NCBI GenBank assembly: GCA_951406725.2
Contig: OX597822.1
Span: 2,170,001 to 2,234,000, forward strand
DNA from: Octopus vulgaris
Taxonomy: Eukaryota
Direction of reading: 5' to 3'
Length of the DNA stretch: 64,000 bases
The notes beneath the pieces were generated by a model that was not told where the DNA came from, ran no database searches, and saw only the letters and a program-made list of their open reading frames with translations. Below are positions 1-14,671 of the stretch, piece after piece. Numbering within the stretch: position 1 is the stretch's first letter; each line of letters begins with the position of its first letter. The translations under genes and the position numbers were made by a program.

Positions 1-1297
1 AAAACTCTACTTTCGGATAAGATAGATGTAAACCTAAATGAAATCAACACTACACTGAAAACTCTACTTACCAATTCAACGCCAAAGAGACCTCAGACAC
101 CACTCAACACACAGAAGGAACACATTTCAACCCCAGCACAACGCATTAAAAACCAGATCATCACTACTTGGACTAAGAAACTACACAACAGAAAACTTCT
201 CTTCTGGAACATGCTCAAAAACCAAAACAAAGCTGATATTTACGACAAATGGTTAAACTCCTCCCCTATCATACTACCCCGAAAATTCCAAATCAAACAC
301 ATCCCAGACGAACCTGAAAAACAACGCTCCCTAAGAGAAAAACTAACATTGGAAAAAATGAAAACCGAAGTAGAACTTCTAAAACTCAGAGCACAAAACC
401 ACGAACAAAAATACACAAAAATAGACGATGAGATACTTCTAGAACTAACCTCACACACCAACGAACAGCCCCTCGAACTTGTTATTAAACTATGGAAAGA
501 TGAATGTGAAAAGGAAGAACGAACCTCCCTCAAACGCTGGGAAAACAACAAAGATTTCTTCCTCAACTATGAAACACAATTCATATTAAACCATAAATCC
601 AAAAACCCATTCATAAAAGTACCCACAACACAGACTTCCACTGTACCCCATAAACACCATTCCAAACCGCACCTCAAATACACATACTCTCCAAACCCCC
701 TCCTAACAGGACACAACCTCCCCCAACCATATAAAAAACCCTTTCCCCCCGAAACATCTCAAACAAGACCCACCACAAAACCTGGTTTTCCAATCACTCT
801 AACACCCCTCCCCCACCGATTAGAACCTTCAAGAACCTCCCATACACTAGAAATTATCCCCCCTCAAGGCTCCCCTCCCTCACACTAATAACAAACAAGG
901 CATCCTACCCACACCGATACATATAAGACCCACCCAACGAACCCCCTATAGTCCACCCATCCAACAACCACATTCCTACCACATCTCCTACAGATCTCCA
1001 AACCCTCACATCCCACACGAACCCAATCACCACAACTACATACCCTCCTACATCCCCCCATACAATCTACCAGACACACACCCACAAACCCATCGCATTT
1101 CTCACAAAACCTTACACCATCGCATCCCATACCAACACAAATACGACAACTACCTACCCCCCTCCAACCTCCCCACCCAAAAACACTCCTACACATACAA
1201 CCAGAACTTTAACAAAGAATACACCCCTTACCTCAACAACCATTTTTTAGACAGGGGGAAAAATACAAACACCACCGCTAACACAGACCCAAAATAA
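1..1297 (+). CDS. PLE ORF1, 5'-partial: charged/coiled-coil-like N-terminal part then Pro/His/Thr-rich tail, with apparent frameshifts
   Basis: Frame 1 is open from base 1 to TAA at 886-888 (KTLLSDKIDV...EKQRSLREKLTLEKMKTEVELLKLRAQ...). A second frame is open 851-1297 and reaches ...YLNNHFLDRG. The frame switches lie near C-homopolymers. Confidence 0.6.
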
Positions 1298-3559
1298 GAA
1301 AACAAAAATTATAAACCTCTCCAGCAAAACACTGACACCAACCCAAATCAACATCCTAGCAAGAGGTTTGAAATTCACACCCACCCCAAGAACACCCAAC
1401 CCCCGGAGGTCAAGGATGACGTTTCTGAATTCTGCAGAAAACTTCGCCTAACAGAAGCTTTGACAGATATCAACAATGGGGACGATTCATTGATCAGAAA
1501 TAAAAGCAACTTCCTACCACCAAAAGGGAGAAATAAAACACTGGACGATTTCTGTAAACACATCCAGAGTCTCCCCTTTACCCCAAGCAAAACCAAGGTA
1601 AAATCCAATTTCAGTAAGGAAGAATGGGAAAACCTACGTGACATACAACTGGATAAAAACCTCACCATCAAAGAAGCGGACAAAGGGAGTGCTGTGGTCC
1701 TTATGGACACGGAATTTTATAAACACCTAGTGTTCTCCATGCTTAACAATAACATTTTCTATGAGGTTATTAACAACTACAAACAGCAAAAAACAATCAG
1801 AAACCTCACCACACTCATACGCCAACACGGCCAGGGACTCACAGAAAAAGAAAGGGATTATATCACCATTTTCAAATGCAAGCCCAGCCTTTTTTATGGC
1901 CTTCCTAAAATCCATAAAAACAAATACATCACCGAAGCCTGCAAACTCTCCACTGACATCCACATCAACATCAAAGCACCGGAGGACCTAAAACTAAGGC
2001 CCATCGTGGCGGGTACCTCCTGTGAAACACACCGCCTGAGTAACTTCCTAGACATCCTTTTGAAACCTTTCCTTACCCACATCAAAAGTTTCATTAGGGA
2101 TGATCTGGACATGCTCAAACACCTCCCGAAAACAGTTAACGAGGGGGCACTCCTGGTATCCTTTGATGTCATCAACCTCTACACCAACATTCCACATGAG
2201 TATGGTATAGAGGCAATTGACTTCTGGCTAGAAAAACACCCAGAGACATTCCCTGACCGCATTAACAAGTCTTTTATTACAGAATCTCTTAAGTTCATTC
2301 TGACAAACAATTTTTTTCTGTTCGACGACACACACTACCGTCAAAAATGTGGCATTGCGATGGGTACCAAGGCTGCACCAGTCCTTGCGAACCTCATAAT
2401 GGGTTACTTCGAACTGTCACTCTATGAAATATCAAGCCAGAAATTTGGACATGTTTTCCACACCTACCTAATGGAAAACTGGAAAAGGTATTTAGATGAT
2501 TGTTTCATCATATGGAAAGAACCTTATGATAAACTCCTGGAATTCAAAACCATACTAAACAACATACATCCCAACATCCAATTCACTATGGAATTTAGCA
2601 AACATCATCTCCCATTCCTTGATCTCCTAATTATAAAAACACCTAAAAACCAAATCATAACAGACATCTACCACAAACCTACAGACTCACAACAATACCT
2701 CCTCTTTAGTTCATGCCACCCAAAACACACCAAGACAAATATCCCTTTCAATTTAGCTAAAAGGGTATGCACCATTGTCTCGGATCCAAAAACACGAGAA
2801 ATACGCCTTCAAGACCTCAAAAAAACACTATTACAACGTCAATATCCCTCCACCCTTATAGAGTATGGAATAAAACGCGCCAAAGAACTAGACAACACTA
2901 CACTGAAAACCACCCAACCTAACACCACACACAACCTCAAAATACTTCCATACATTTCCACCCACAACCCCAAAAATATCGAAGCATACACCACAATCAT
3001 ACAAAACCTCAGTCTACTGTCAACAGACCCAAAAATGAAAAACATTATAAATACACACAAAATCCTCAAATGCAAAAGGCAACACAAATCTTTAAAAAAA
3101 CTCTTGACAAATGCCAAACTTCACACACCACATCCACCCCCAACAGTAAAAAAATGTGCACGCTCAAACTGTGGTACCTGCCCCTTTCTACTTGAAGGCT
3201 CTGAATTTACCTTCAAACAAGGTACGAAGTTTAAAATCAAGACTAACTTCTCCTGTTCCTCCGAGAACCTTATCTACGTTCTCACATGCGCTGGTTGCCA
3301 ACATAATTATGTGGGACAAACGAGTCTCCCGTTACGTAAACGAGTAACGGTGCATAAAGAACAAATAAATCTCCCGGAATACCGACAAATTCCACTGAGT
3401 GACCACTTAGACTCATGTGCCAAAGACTTAAACCCCAAATTCTATATATTCCCCTTCTACCAATGTAAAGACGGGATCACCACACAGGAGAGAATTAACA
3501 AGGAGAATCTCTTTATTGAAAAATTCCAAACACAACTTAATATGCAAACTCCTCGTTGA
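1251..3559 (+). CDS. PLE reverse transcriptase plus C-terminal GIY-YIG endonuclease (one frameshift near 1402)
   Basis: KIINLSS...LARGLKFTPTP (1305-1388) is in a different frame from EVKDDVSEFCRKLRL, which runs into the 699-aa ORF 1460-3559. Motifs: IKEADKG, FYGLPKIHK, LRPIV, SFDVINLYTNIP, GIAMGT, RYLDD, LPFLD, YHKPT, Neptune-like Cys linker CARSNCGTC, and GIY-YIG NLIYVLTCAGC..YVGQT..RVTVH. Confidence 0.95.
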
Positions 3560-4196
3560 TCAAACTTCCTTTCTCTACCTCACTCTTCATGGATGGACTA
3601 ACACAAATATATAAAGATACCATGCATTCACCACTTCAAGCTAAAACTTATATTCTTTAAATATCATTTTCACTATTGTTGTTGTTACTACTATCATTTT
3701 TATTATAGATGATATGACAATTTGAAATGCAATTGTCTATGCAGTTTTATATTATTAGAAAATAATATAAATAAAGTGTTAAAATCTGAAAGTTAAGTTA
3801 ACAAGCAATTATATATAAAAAAGATAATGCAAATGAAGCTAAAATGATAGTTTTATAATTTGGGTTTTATTGAAGAACTCAAAAGAGTTTTCTCCCCTTA
3901 CTCACAACACAGGAACTGAAGAACCAGGACCACAATTACTACTACTTCCTGTCCTGCAACATGCTGTATTCAACAACACAACACATCACATGCTCTTAAT
4001 CCCTTTGGATCTTAACACCTCAAGGTAACTTTTTGGTAAACAACCATAAAACTCAAGATACACAACGAACTCACAATGTATCGGAGAACTTATTTTTTAA
4101 TTTTTGTACATTTTTATCATTATTCTTTTACAAAAAACATTGCAATTTTCTTTTTTTCCCCTTTCTAATTTTCAAAAAAACTTCTTAAAACATAAA

Positions 4197-4237
4197 TATT
4201 CTTGACAAGTCATACATTGACGAAAACCGGTTGAATA
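4197..4237 (+). ncRNA. Minimal type I hammerhead ribozyme motif, U3-A8 core variant
   Basis: tattc-TTGACAA-gtca(tacat)tgac-GAAA-accgg-TT-gaata. Stem I tattc/gaata, stem II gtca/tgac, palindromic AACCGGTT. One extra A relative to canonical GAAACCGGTH. Confidence 0.65.
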
Positions 4238-4374
4238 AATATATATATTTATATATTTTATCATTTTCTCATTTTATTAAAATTTTATTTCATTTGAGCA
4301 TTCTGCATTTTTAAAAAATTTTTCCTTACTATATATATATATATATATATATATTTTATTTATTATATAGAAGG

Positions 4375-4425
4375 AGCTTCTACAGGACTAGAACTGTTTC
4401 ATTCAAGAGAAATCATCAGGAAGCT
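4375..4425 (-). ncRNA. Type I hammerhead ribozyme (left arm copy)
   Basis: Exact reverse complement of 6931-6981. Confidence 0.85.
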
Positions 4426-5445
4426 AGTTAACAAGAATTCTTTTGGCATTTATACATTTAGGCAGGTTTAAAGGGGTGGTGGTGGGGGACTTTTTTGGGG
4501 TAGGCATAGCGCAAAAATATCATACTTAGGGGAGTGGTCAAGGAGTCAGTGGTAAATTAGATAAAATAATAAATAAAAGAATAAAAAAATAAATAGAAGA
4601 ATAGAGTTTTAGGTAAATAAGGAGACTCTCACTTATACATATACACATATGTATATATATACACACACACACATATACATACACACATATATATATACAT
4701 ACATATATATATATATATATACATGTATATATACACACACGCCCACACATACATATACACACAAATATATACATACACACACATACACATACACACATAC
4801 ACACACATATATATACATACACACATGCACACACATGTCCATATATACACATATATATATATATATATACATATGTGTACCTATACATACCTACACATAC
4901 ACACATATATACATACTCATACAAACCCATTCCCTTATTTTAATTTTATTATTATTTTCATTTATTACTTTTGTTATCTTTGACCGCGGTCACAAGCATC
5001 TTGGCTATCGTCCCCCTGGGGACGACAGCAAGTCCATTTATCTTTCTACTCGAACCCAAGCACTCACTCACGCACGCACACTCATTCGCACGCACACACA
5101 CTCATTCGTACACTCATACACATACACGCACGCACGCGTTATATTCATACATACATACATCTACATGCATTCACATATATACACATACGTACGCGTACCT
5201 ACAGATTCATGTCTACACGCTTACACATACATACCTCAATACACCCACAGAAGACTAGTCCATACATATACACCAATAAATATATATACACATATACATA
5301 TACACCTACATACACATACATACACATACACATATATATACGTATATATACATACATATACATACACCTATACATACATATATACACATACACACACCCA
5401 TACATATACATATACATACACACATACATACACATACATATATAT

Positions 5446-5490
<45 letters not shown>

Positions 5491-5966
5491 CACATATATA
5501 TATATATATACATACACACACATACACATATACATGCGTAAACATACACACACACACACACGCGCATCCATATATACACATAAGTACACACATGCGTAAA
5601 AGTATACATATATCTATACATATGCTTACACATACACACACACACACGCGCCTCCTTATGTTCATATACTTACATGCATACTCAAAAAATAAATAATAAA
5701 ATATATATACATGCAGTTATTCATATACATACATGCATACTCAAAAAATAAATAATAAATATTAAATATATATACACATATACATGCAGTTACCTATTAT
5801 ACAGACGGATACATACATATAAACTTACACATATATACCTATTTACACATATGTATATATACATACATACATACATACATACATAACTCTACGTACCTAC
5901 ATATACATAAACACACGAGCGTACACGTATATGTACATATACACACATACATACATATACATATAC

Positions 5967-6003
<37 letters not shown>

Positions 6004-6614
6004 CATATATATGTATGTGTATGTATGTGTATGTAGGTGTATATGTATATGTGTATATATATTTATTGGTGTATATGTATGGACTAGTCTTCTGTGGGTG
6101 TATTGAGGTATGTATGTGTAAGCGTGAAGAGATGAATCTGTAGGTACGCGTACGTATGTGTATATATGTGAATGTATGTAGATGTATGTATGTATGAATA
6201 TAACGCGTGCGTGCGTGTATGTGTATGAGTGTACGAATGAATGTGTGTGCGTGCGAATGAGTGTGCGTGCGTGAGTGAGTGCTTGGGTTCGAGTAGAAAG
6301 ATAAATGGACTTGCTGTCGTCCCCATGGGGACGATAGCCAAGATGCTTGTGACCGCGGTCAACGATAACAAAAGTAATAAATGAAAATAATAATAAAATT
6401 AAAATAAGGGAATGGGTTTGTATGAGTATGTATATATGTGTGTATGTGTAGGTATGTATAGGTACACATATGTATATATATATATGTGTATATATGGACA
6501 TGTGTGTGCATGTGTGTATGTATATATATGTGTGTGTATGTGTGTATGTGTATGTGTGTGTATGTATATATTTGTGTGTATATGTATGTGTGGGCGTGTG
6601 TGTATATATACATG

Positions 6615-6649
<35 letters not shown>

Positions 6650-6930
6650 GTGTATATATATATGTGTGTATGTATATGTGTGTGTGTGTGTATATATATA
6701 TATACATATGTGTATATGTATAAGTGAGAGTCTCCTTATTTACCTAAAACTCTATTCTTCTATTTATTTTTTTATTCTTTTATTTATTCTTTTATCTAAT
6801 TTACCACTGACTCCTTGACCACTCCCCTAAGTATGATATTTTTGCGCTATGCCTACCCCCAAAAAGTCCCCCACCACCACCCCTTTAAACCTGCCTAAAT
6901 GTATAAATGCCAAAACAATTCTTGTTAACT

Positions 6931-6981
6931 AGCTTCCTGATGATTTCTCTTGAATGAAACAGTTCTAGTCCTGTAGAAGCT
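6931..6981 (+). ncRNA. Type I hammerhead ribozyme (right arm copy)
   Basis: agcttc-CTGATGA-t-ttc(tctt)gaa-t-GAA-ACAG(ttctagtc)CTGT-A-gaagct. Stem I 6 bp, intact core, stem III 4 bp, GUA triplet with predicted cleavage after 6975. Confidence 0.88.
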
Positions 6982-7197
6982 CCTTCTATATAATAAATTA
7001 ATTTTACTCTGCTATGTATTGAGTACCATATTTACTGTGGTTAACCCCGAATCAACCCGGGACCTACATATATATATATATATATATACATGCATAAGTA
7101 CCATGAATTCCCATGCTACAAACTGGCAAACAACTCCGTGAATACTTTACCGGGCAACGCTGGGTAGTATATATATATATATATATATATAAATATA

Positions 7198-7343
7198 TAT
7201 TTCTTTACTACCCACAAGGGGCTAAATATAGAGGGGACAAACAAGGACAGACAAATGGATTAAGTCGATTACTCGACCCCAGTGCGAAACTGGTACTTTA
7301 TTTATCTACCCCGAAAGGATGAAATGCAAAGTCTACCTCGGCG
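7198..7343 (-). mobile_element. tRNA-derived SINE family A (Meta/MESC-like core), 3' part
   Basis: Reverse complement contains catttcatcctttcggggtagataaa...gtaccag...tttagccccttgtgggtagtaaagaaa, shared with many copies in the window. Confidence 0.8.
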
Positions 7344-7431
7344 TATAAATATATATATATATATATATACACATATATATATATACATGCATATATATAT
7401 ATGTATATATATATATATGTATATGTATATG

Positions 7432-7488
<57 letters not shown>

Positions 7489-7506
7489 GTATATATATAT
7501 GTATGC

Positions 7507-7554
<48 letters not shown>

Positions 7555-8116
7555 CATGTATATATATATATATATATATATAAATATATATATAAATAGA
7601 CACATATATATAATTGATCGATTGAACATGCAGACAGTGGACATGCGCAATGGACCATTTCCAACGAATATAAGCAAACAAATTATCTAATGCCAATAAT
7701 TCTTCATTCTTTTGTTTCATTTCTGTTACACTCCGTGATTAACACCCCATGCCGTTAATAGAAGTGTCTCGAATTTACAATGTGCATCTGTCACATGGTA
7801 CGAATAACACATACGGATTGCAACACACTTCACTTGTCCTTTTTGTTAGACTATTTTCTTAAACGGGATGCTTTGGATGACATTCGTCTAGATACACTCA
7901 ATACCTATATCTCTTCATTCTGTGTATGTGTATAACTATATTCTTAAAATACAAAAGAATACAAAGACGACATGAAAAATAACAGATGGTATGTTAGTTT
8001 ATATGTATACATAGAAGGAGGCCATTTAAACACACAGACAGACAGACACAAACACACACAAACGCACATACACACACACGTACATACACAATCATATATA
8101 TGTGATATAATATATT

Positions 8117-8148
<32 letters not shown>

Positions 8149-8180
8149 CATATATATATACATATATATATATATCTACA

Positions 8181-8225
<45 letters not shown>

Positions 8226-8226
8226 A

Positions 8227-8270
<44 letters not shown>

Positions 8271-8334
8271 TATATAAGATGAATTAAGAACAATAATAGT
8301 GAAGAACGAACTTATAGTCCGAATGGTCCGAAAT

Positions 8335-9321
<987 letters not shown>

Positions 9322-9322
9322 G

Positions 9323-9387
<65 letters not shown>

Positions 9388-9985
9388 GTATATATGCTGG
9401 CAATATTAGATTGCAAGGAGGGAAATTTCTGAGCTGGCAAAATGGTTAGTACGCCGGTCAAAATATTTAGCACCATTTCGTCCGTCTTGATGTAGTGAGT
9501 TCATATTCATGCGCGGTCGATTTGCCATTCATCATTTCTAGGGTCGAATTTAAGTAACTTGCCCTCCCCCACTCCCGAAATTGCTGGCCTTGTGTCAAAA
9601 TTAGAATCCAATATCAGAATGTAACGTATAAAGTGTGTTTCTTCTTTATGTAGCTGAGATAAGACATGTACGGAGAAACTTTCATATTTCTGCAAAGTAT
9701 TTACATGAAGAATTAATAATCTTAAATTATTGCCAATATTTTCATAAGTTTCTTCTAAAATATTGGCTAGTCCCCCCACCAACCACCCACATGGATTAAT
9801 AGATGACAATGGCAAATTTCATTTATATAATAACATTTTAATCCGACGGCTTTCTTTACAACTGGCTACATAATTCCCTTTCTAAATTCTCCCTTCTGTT
9901 TTATATATTAATTTACGTTCTTGTATATTTTACAATGAGTGCAACCAAGTATATTTCCATGTAAGTATTTACCAAACTTCTTTTG

Positions 9986-10180
<195 letters not shown>

Positions 10181-12060
10181 ATTTCTCTGTCATTTATGTC
10201 TCTCTATCTCTCTCTCTTTCACTCTAAATATATATATATACATATATATAAATACATATGTATGTATATATATACATACACATGCGCACACACACATATA
10301 TATTTATATATATATACATACATACACACACACAAACATACACGCACACACACACACACACACATATATACACACATTGTTCATATACTTTCCAATTCTT
10401 ACATCATTCTTTTACTACGCAGAAGAAATAACTCAACAGAAAAATATTTATACGTGATGAGATGTTCTCTTAAATGATTTTTTAAAACCCAGCACGCAAG
10501 CGTAGAACCGTTCTTCTTGCGAAAACAGTTTCCTTAAAATCCTGAAGATACTTAAAATATAATTAGGTTTGAAACTTGATGTAACATTTATACGTTTTTG
10601 CGATTTTTCTCATAGAGAACATGTAAACACCTTATACAATATGTGCATATATGCATTCACATAGAAATACATATACGAAAACGTGTATGCATAATAGATT
10701 GTACCGACTAGCATCTTACACTTATACGTCTTTGCTGGTCATGTGTGTTTATATTTCTGCTGAATAGGATGGTTTATTACGAAATTTGATATCCTAAGTT
10801 AAAATGGCTGACTCTACCAAAATATACAAAAGCTTTTAAATGAAACGAAATAAACAAGAAGAAAAACATAATGCAGTAAGAAAAACAAGCTGCGCAAAAC
10901 ACTGAATCAATATTTCTATTTTTAACAATATATTAATTTTAAATTTTATTGTGTTATATACTATTTTGTGTCGTGTATTTATATATAATTTTTATGGCGA
11001 TTAAATAAAGAGGAGATTCAGGTGAAGGTAGGCAAAAAAGAAAAGAAAAATGTCGGAAAGTTAAAAGTACATTGGCAGCCATTAAACACTACAAGAAACC
11101 TTATATTAGACTATATGCGTGCGTGTTCGTGTGTGTGTGTGTGTGTGTGTGTGTTTGTTTGTGTATGTGTTCGTGTGTGTGTGTGTGTGTGTGTTTGTGT
11201 GTGTAAGTAAAAGACAATAAAAATATATAAAGAAATACAAAGGAGACGAGAACACAACTGAGGCAAAAATAGCAACAATACATATATGTTACAATGACAA
11301 GAACATTACGAAAATGAAGGCTGTATACACAAATACATACACACGCACATACACACATATACACACATATATACACATATGTTTATGTATGTATGTACGT
11401 AAATTTATATGTATATATATATATATATGTATGTATATATATGATATATATATATATATTACATTTGAATTTCTATATATAGGATATACATGTACATATA
11501 TGTAATAATATATGCATGCAGATATACATAATTACATGCACACACAAACGTACCCACACATATAAACACACACACACATATATATATTTATCTTATATAT
11601 ACAAATGCAAACGTATGAATGTATGTAGGTACGTATGTATGTTTGTCTGCATGTGTCTGTGTATGTGTATCTGTGTGTGTGTGTGTGTGTAACAGATGTA
11701 ATGAACAAAGAACATTTTAGTATCTTGGCATAATTTCACAAACACATTTGAAAGTTCTGTTATCGGGTCTTTTGTTTGTTTAATATAAATTGCAAACTTC
11801 TCGATGACTTGTTTGTATAATTTTTGATTTCTTTAGAATTCAGAATAAAAACAATATGTTTTTATTGTACTTGTTGTTATTGCTGATGTTGACGTTGGAC
11901 TTTTTGTTGTCGTTGTCGTTGTTTTTGCTGCTTGCTGTTGCTTTTGATAAAGTTTTAGGCTGTTATACTGACTGTTATACTATTCATCTTGGCTTTGCTG
12001 TTATTTGCTTATCTCTAACTGATTTTAACGACGTTTTATATCAAACATATTTATATACTT

Positions 12061-12128
<68 letters not shown>

Positions 12129-12181
12129 ACACGCATACACACACACATACACATACACATACACACACATACACACACACA

Positions 12182-12258
<77 letters not shown>

Positions 12259-12969
12259 ACATACACACATACACACACACACATACACACACATACACAT
12301 ACACACACATACAAACATACACACACATACACACATAAACACACACACATACATATATATATTGATGCAAGAGATAAAACGATATATAATACCGAGTTTC
12401 CAAGGACTGCCATGGTTGGATGATAGAACGAGCGTCATGTATTCAGTAGAGGTTATCCAAAGAGTTTTTCTACCCAATGGTTAACTTATTTTTCATAGCC
12501 TCTTACCCTTCGAGTTCCTCCGAGAAACACAAATAATTCTCACATCTCTCGCAGTTTCAAAATTCATATGACCTCAACAACATACAGTTTTCACTGCTAA
12601 AACCAAAGCTTCCAAAATGAACAGAAATTTCAGAATTATTGCGTTTGTTCATTGGTAGCAAGCCAGTCATATTTACAAGACAGGTGTGTTCATACCCTAC
12701 GGGAATCTTTCAATTTTGTTTTTTCTATCCAAAATTATTCTCAACCAAATAATTATTTGCTATTATTGTATCACTGGATAATATCTAATTTATTGTAGCT
12801 TTAGTTTCGACCCAGTTATTTTTGAGTTGAAAATTGCCATAAATTCTAGTCGAATGTTTTTCTCGAAAAGTTTTCATTTCCTTGTGTCGTATTCCCAAAA
12901 TATGTCTTACGGTATACGACGACGACGACAACCACCACCACGACGACCACCACCACCACAACGGTGACG

Positions 12970-13035
<66 letters not shown>

Positions 13036-13294
13036 GCTACTACTACTAAAACCAAAATCATTACTGCGTTGGACAAAAGTGCTTTCACGGCATTTTTTCT
13101 GCCTTTGTGTTCAGAGCTCAAACTTCGTTGTTTGTCCCCTCTATGTTTAGCCCCTTGTGGGCAATAAAGAAATAAGAAATAAGAAATAAGATCTACTTTG
13201 TCTTTCATGTTTTAGGGTCCATAAATTAAGTAACAGCCAAATACTGGGACCGAAAATTTCCAGCGTTGTACCTTTAGTAGAAGGGATTATTACT

Positions 13295-13505
13295 GAGCTA
13301 ACAGAATCGTTAGCACGCCAGCAGAATCGTCATCGGTATTTTGTCAGTCTTCACGTTCTGAGTTCAGATTCCACCAAGGTCGACTTTGCTTTCATCCTAT
13401 CGCGGTCGATAAATTAAGTTCCAGTGAAACACTGGGTGTCGATGTTATCGACTAGTCCCCTCCCCCCAAATTTCGGGCCTTGTACTTTCAGTGGAAAGGA
13501 TTATT
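13295..13505 (+). mobile_element. SINE family A, with a rearranged copy at ~13080-13290
   Basis: gagctaacagaatcgttagcacgcc...gttctgagttcagattcc...gtcgactttgctttcatcc: tRNA-like A/B boxes plus core. Confidence 0.8.
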
Positions 13506-13579
13506 GTTGTTGTTCTTTATTTTTATTTTTACTAACGCAATCTTCCGCTAAGTATTTTCTTTCTTTCTCTCTTTCTTAC

Positions 13580-13987
13580 TCTTTACTTGTTTCAGTCATG
13601 TGACTGTGGTCATGCTGGAGCACCGCCTTTAGTCGAGTAAATCGACCCTAGGACTTATTCTGCCGAACCGGTAAGTTACGGACGTAACCCCACCAGCATC
13701 GGTTGACAAGCAATGTTGGTGGGGGGGGGGGGAAAGACACACAAACATATATACACATATATACATACATACATACATATATAAAATAAAATAATATATA
13801 TATATATATATATATACATATATACGACGGGCTTCTTTCTGTTTCCATCTATCAAATCCACTCACAAGGCTTTGGTCGGCCCGAGGCTATAGTAGAAGAC
13901 ACTTGCTCTAGGTGCCACGCTGTGGGGCTGAAACCGGAACCATGTGTTTCATAAGCAAGCTACTTACCACACAGCCACTCCTACGCC
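13580..13987 (-). mobile_element. tRNA-derived SINE family B (CORE-like), near full length
   Basis: Reverse complement matches the + copy at 41080-41461 (ggcgtaggagtggctgtgtggtaag...gactgaaacaagtaaa). Confidence 0.85.
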
Positions 13988-14639
13988 TAGTATACAATAA
14001 TAATTGTGTACCACCATACTTTTCTTGTCTGTCAGATTTATATTGTTTTATTAGTTTTGTTATAATTGTTTATCTTTTATCATTAGTAAGATTGTTATGA
14101 TTAATATGATTATTCCTATTGTTCCTCATATATTTTATTGTTACTTCTGCACAATTTCCTTTTATACCCGATAACTTCATTTGATTAACAATAAAATCAA
14201 TTTAAACTGAACGTGATAAGGAACAAAAATATTTCTTCCCTTTTGTTTAATCCCTTACTTTCGTGTTTATTAATTTCTTAAAGCTCTGAAAGTTAATAAG
14301 TATAATACTCAAATTGTTAAGCAATATGATTAGTTTAATAGCACCTGGGTTTCAATTTTAGAGATAACTTGACTGAATTATATCAAGGTGAAATTGGTGC
14401 AAAAATTGTTTCTATCACAACTTACATAAAGGTTATTCTAGTTCTGCTTTTTCGATGTACGATCGATGGAAGCCATAAACGAGGTTTAATTTGCTTAACG
14501 CGGAATCATTCTTGAAAGGAAATTACGAATCATATTTGCCGACATAGTTGTTGTCGTCAATAACAACGGCAACAATAACAACAACAACAAAAAACGACAA
14601 CAACAAAAACAACAACAAGAACAATAATAATAATGATGC

Positions 14640-14670
<31 letters not shown>

Positions 14671-14671
14671 T

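Larger units (their letters stand above)
1..4330 (+). mobile_element. Penelope-like retroelement, Neptune-type (5' end lies outside the window)
   Basis: ORF1 region, RT-GIY-YIG ORF, AT-rich 3' UTR/pLTR with an HHR motif at 4197-4237, ending at a (TA)n tract from 4330. Confidence 0.92.
4358..6998. repeat. Large inverted repeat, arms about 4358-5330 and 6012-6998, microsatellite-rich spacer
   Basis: Unique segments (gaaggagcttctacagg..., caaacccattccc..., gaccgcggtcacaagc...) recur as reverse complements with only a few substitutions. Confidence 0.95.

Noticed and set aside
10537-10585. CTGAAGA...GAAAC with a plausible stem II
   Set aside because: No GTH triplet and no stem I pairing.
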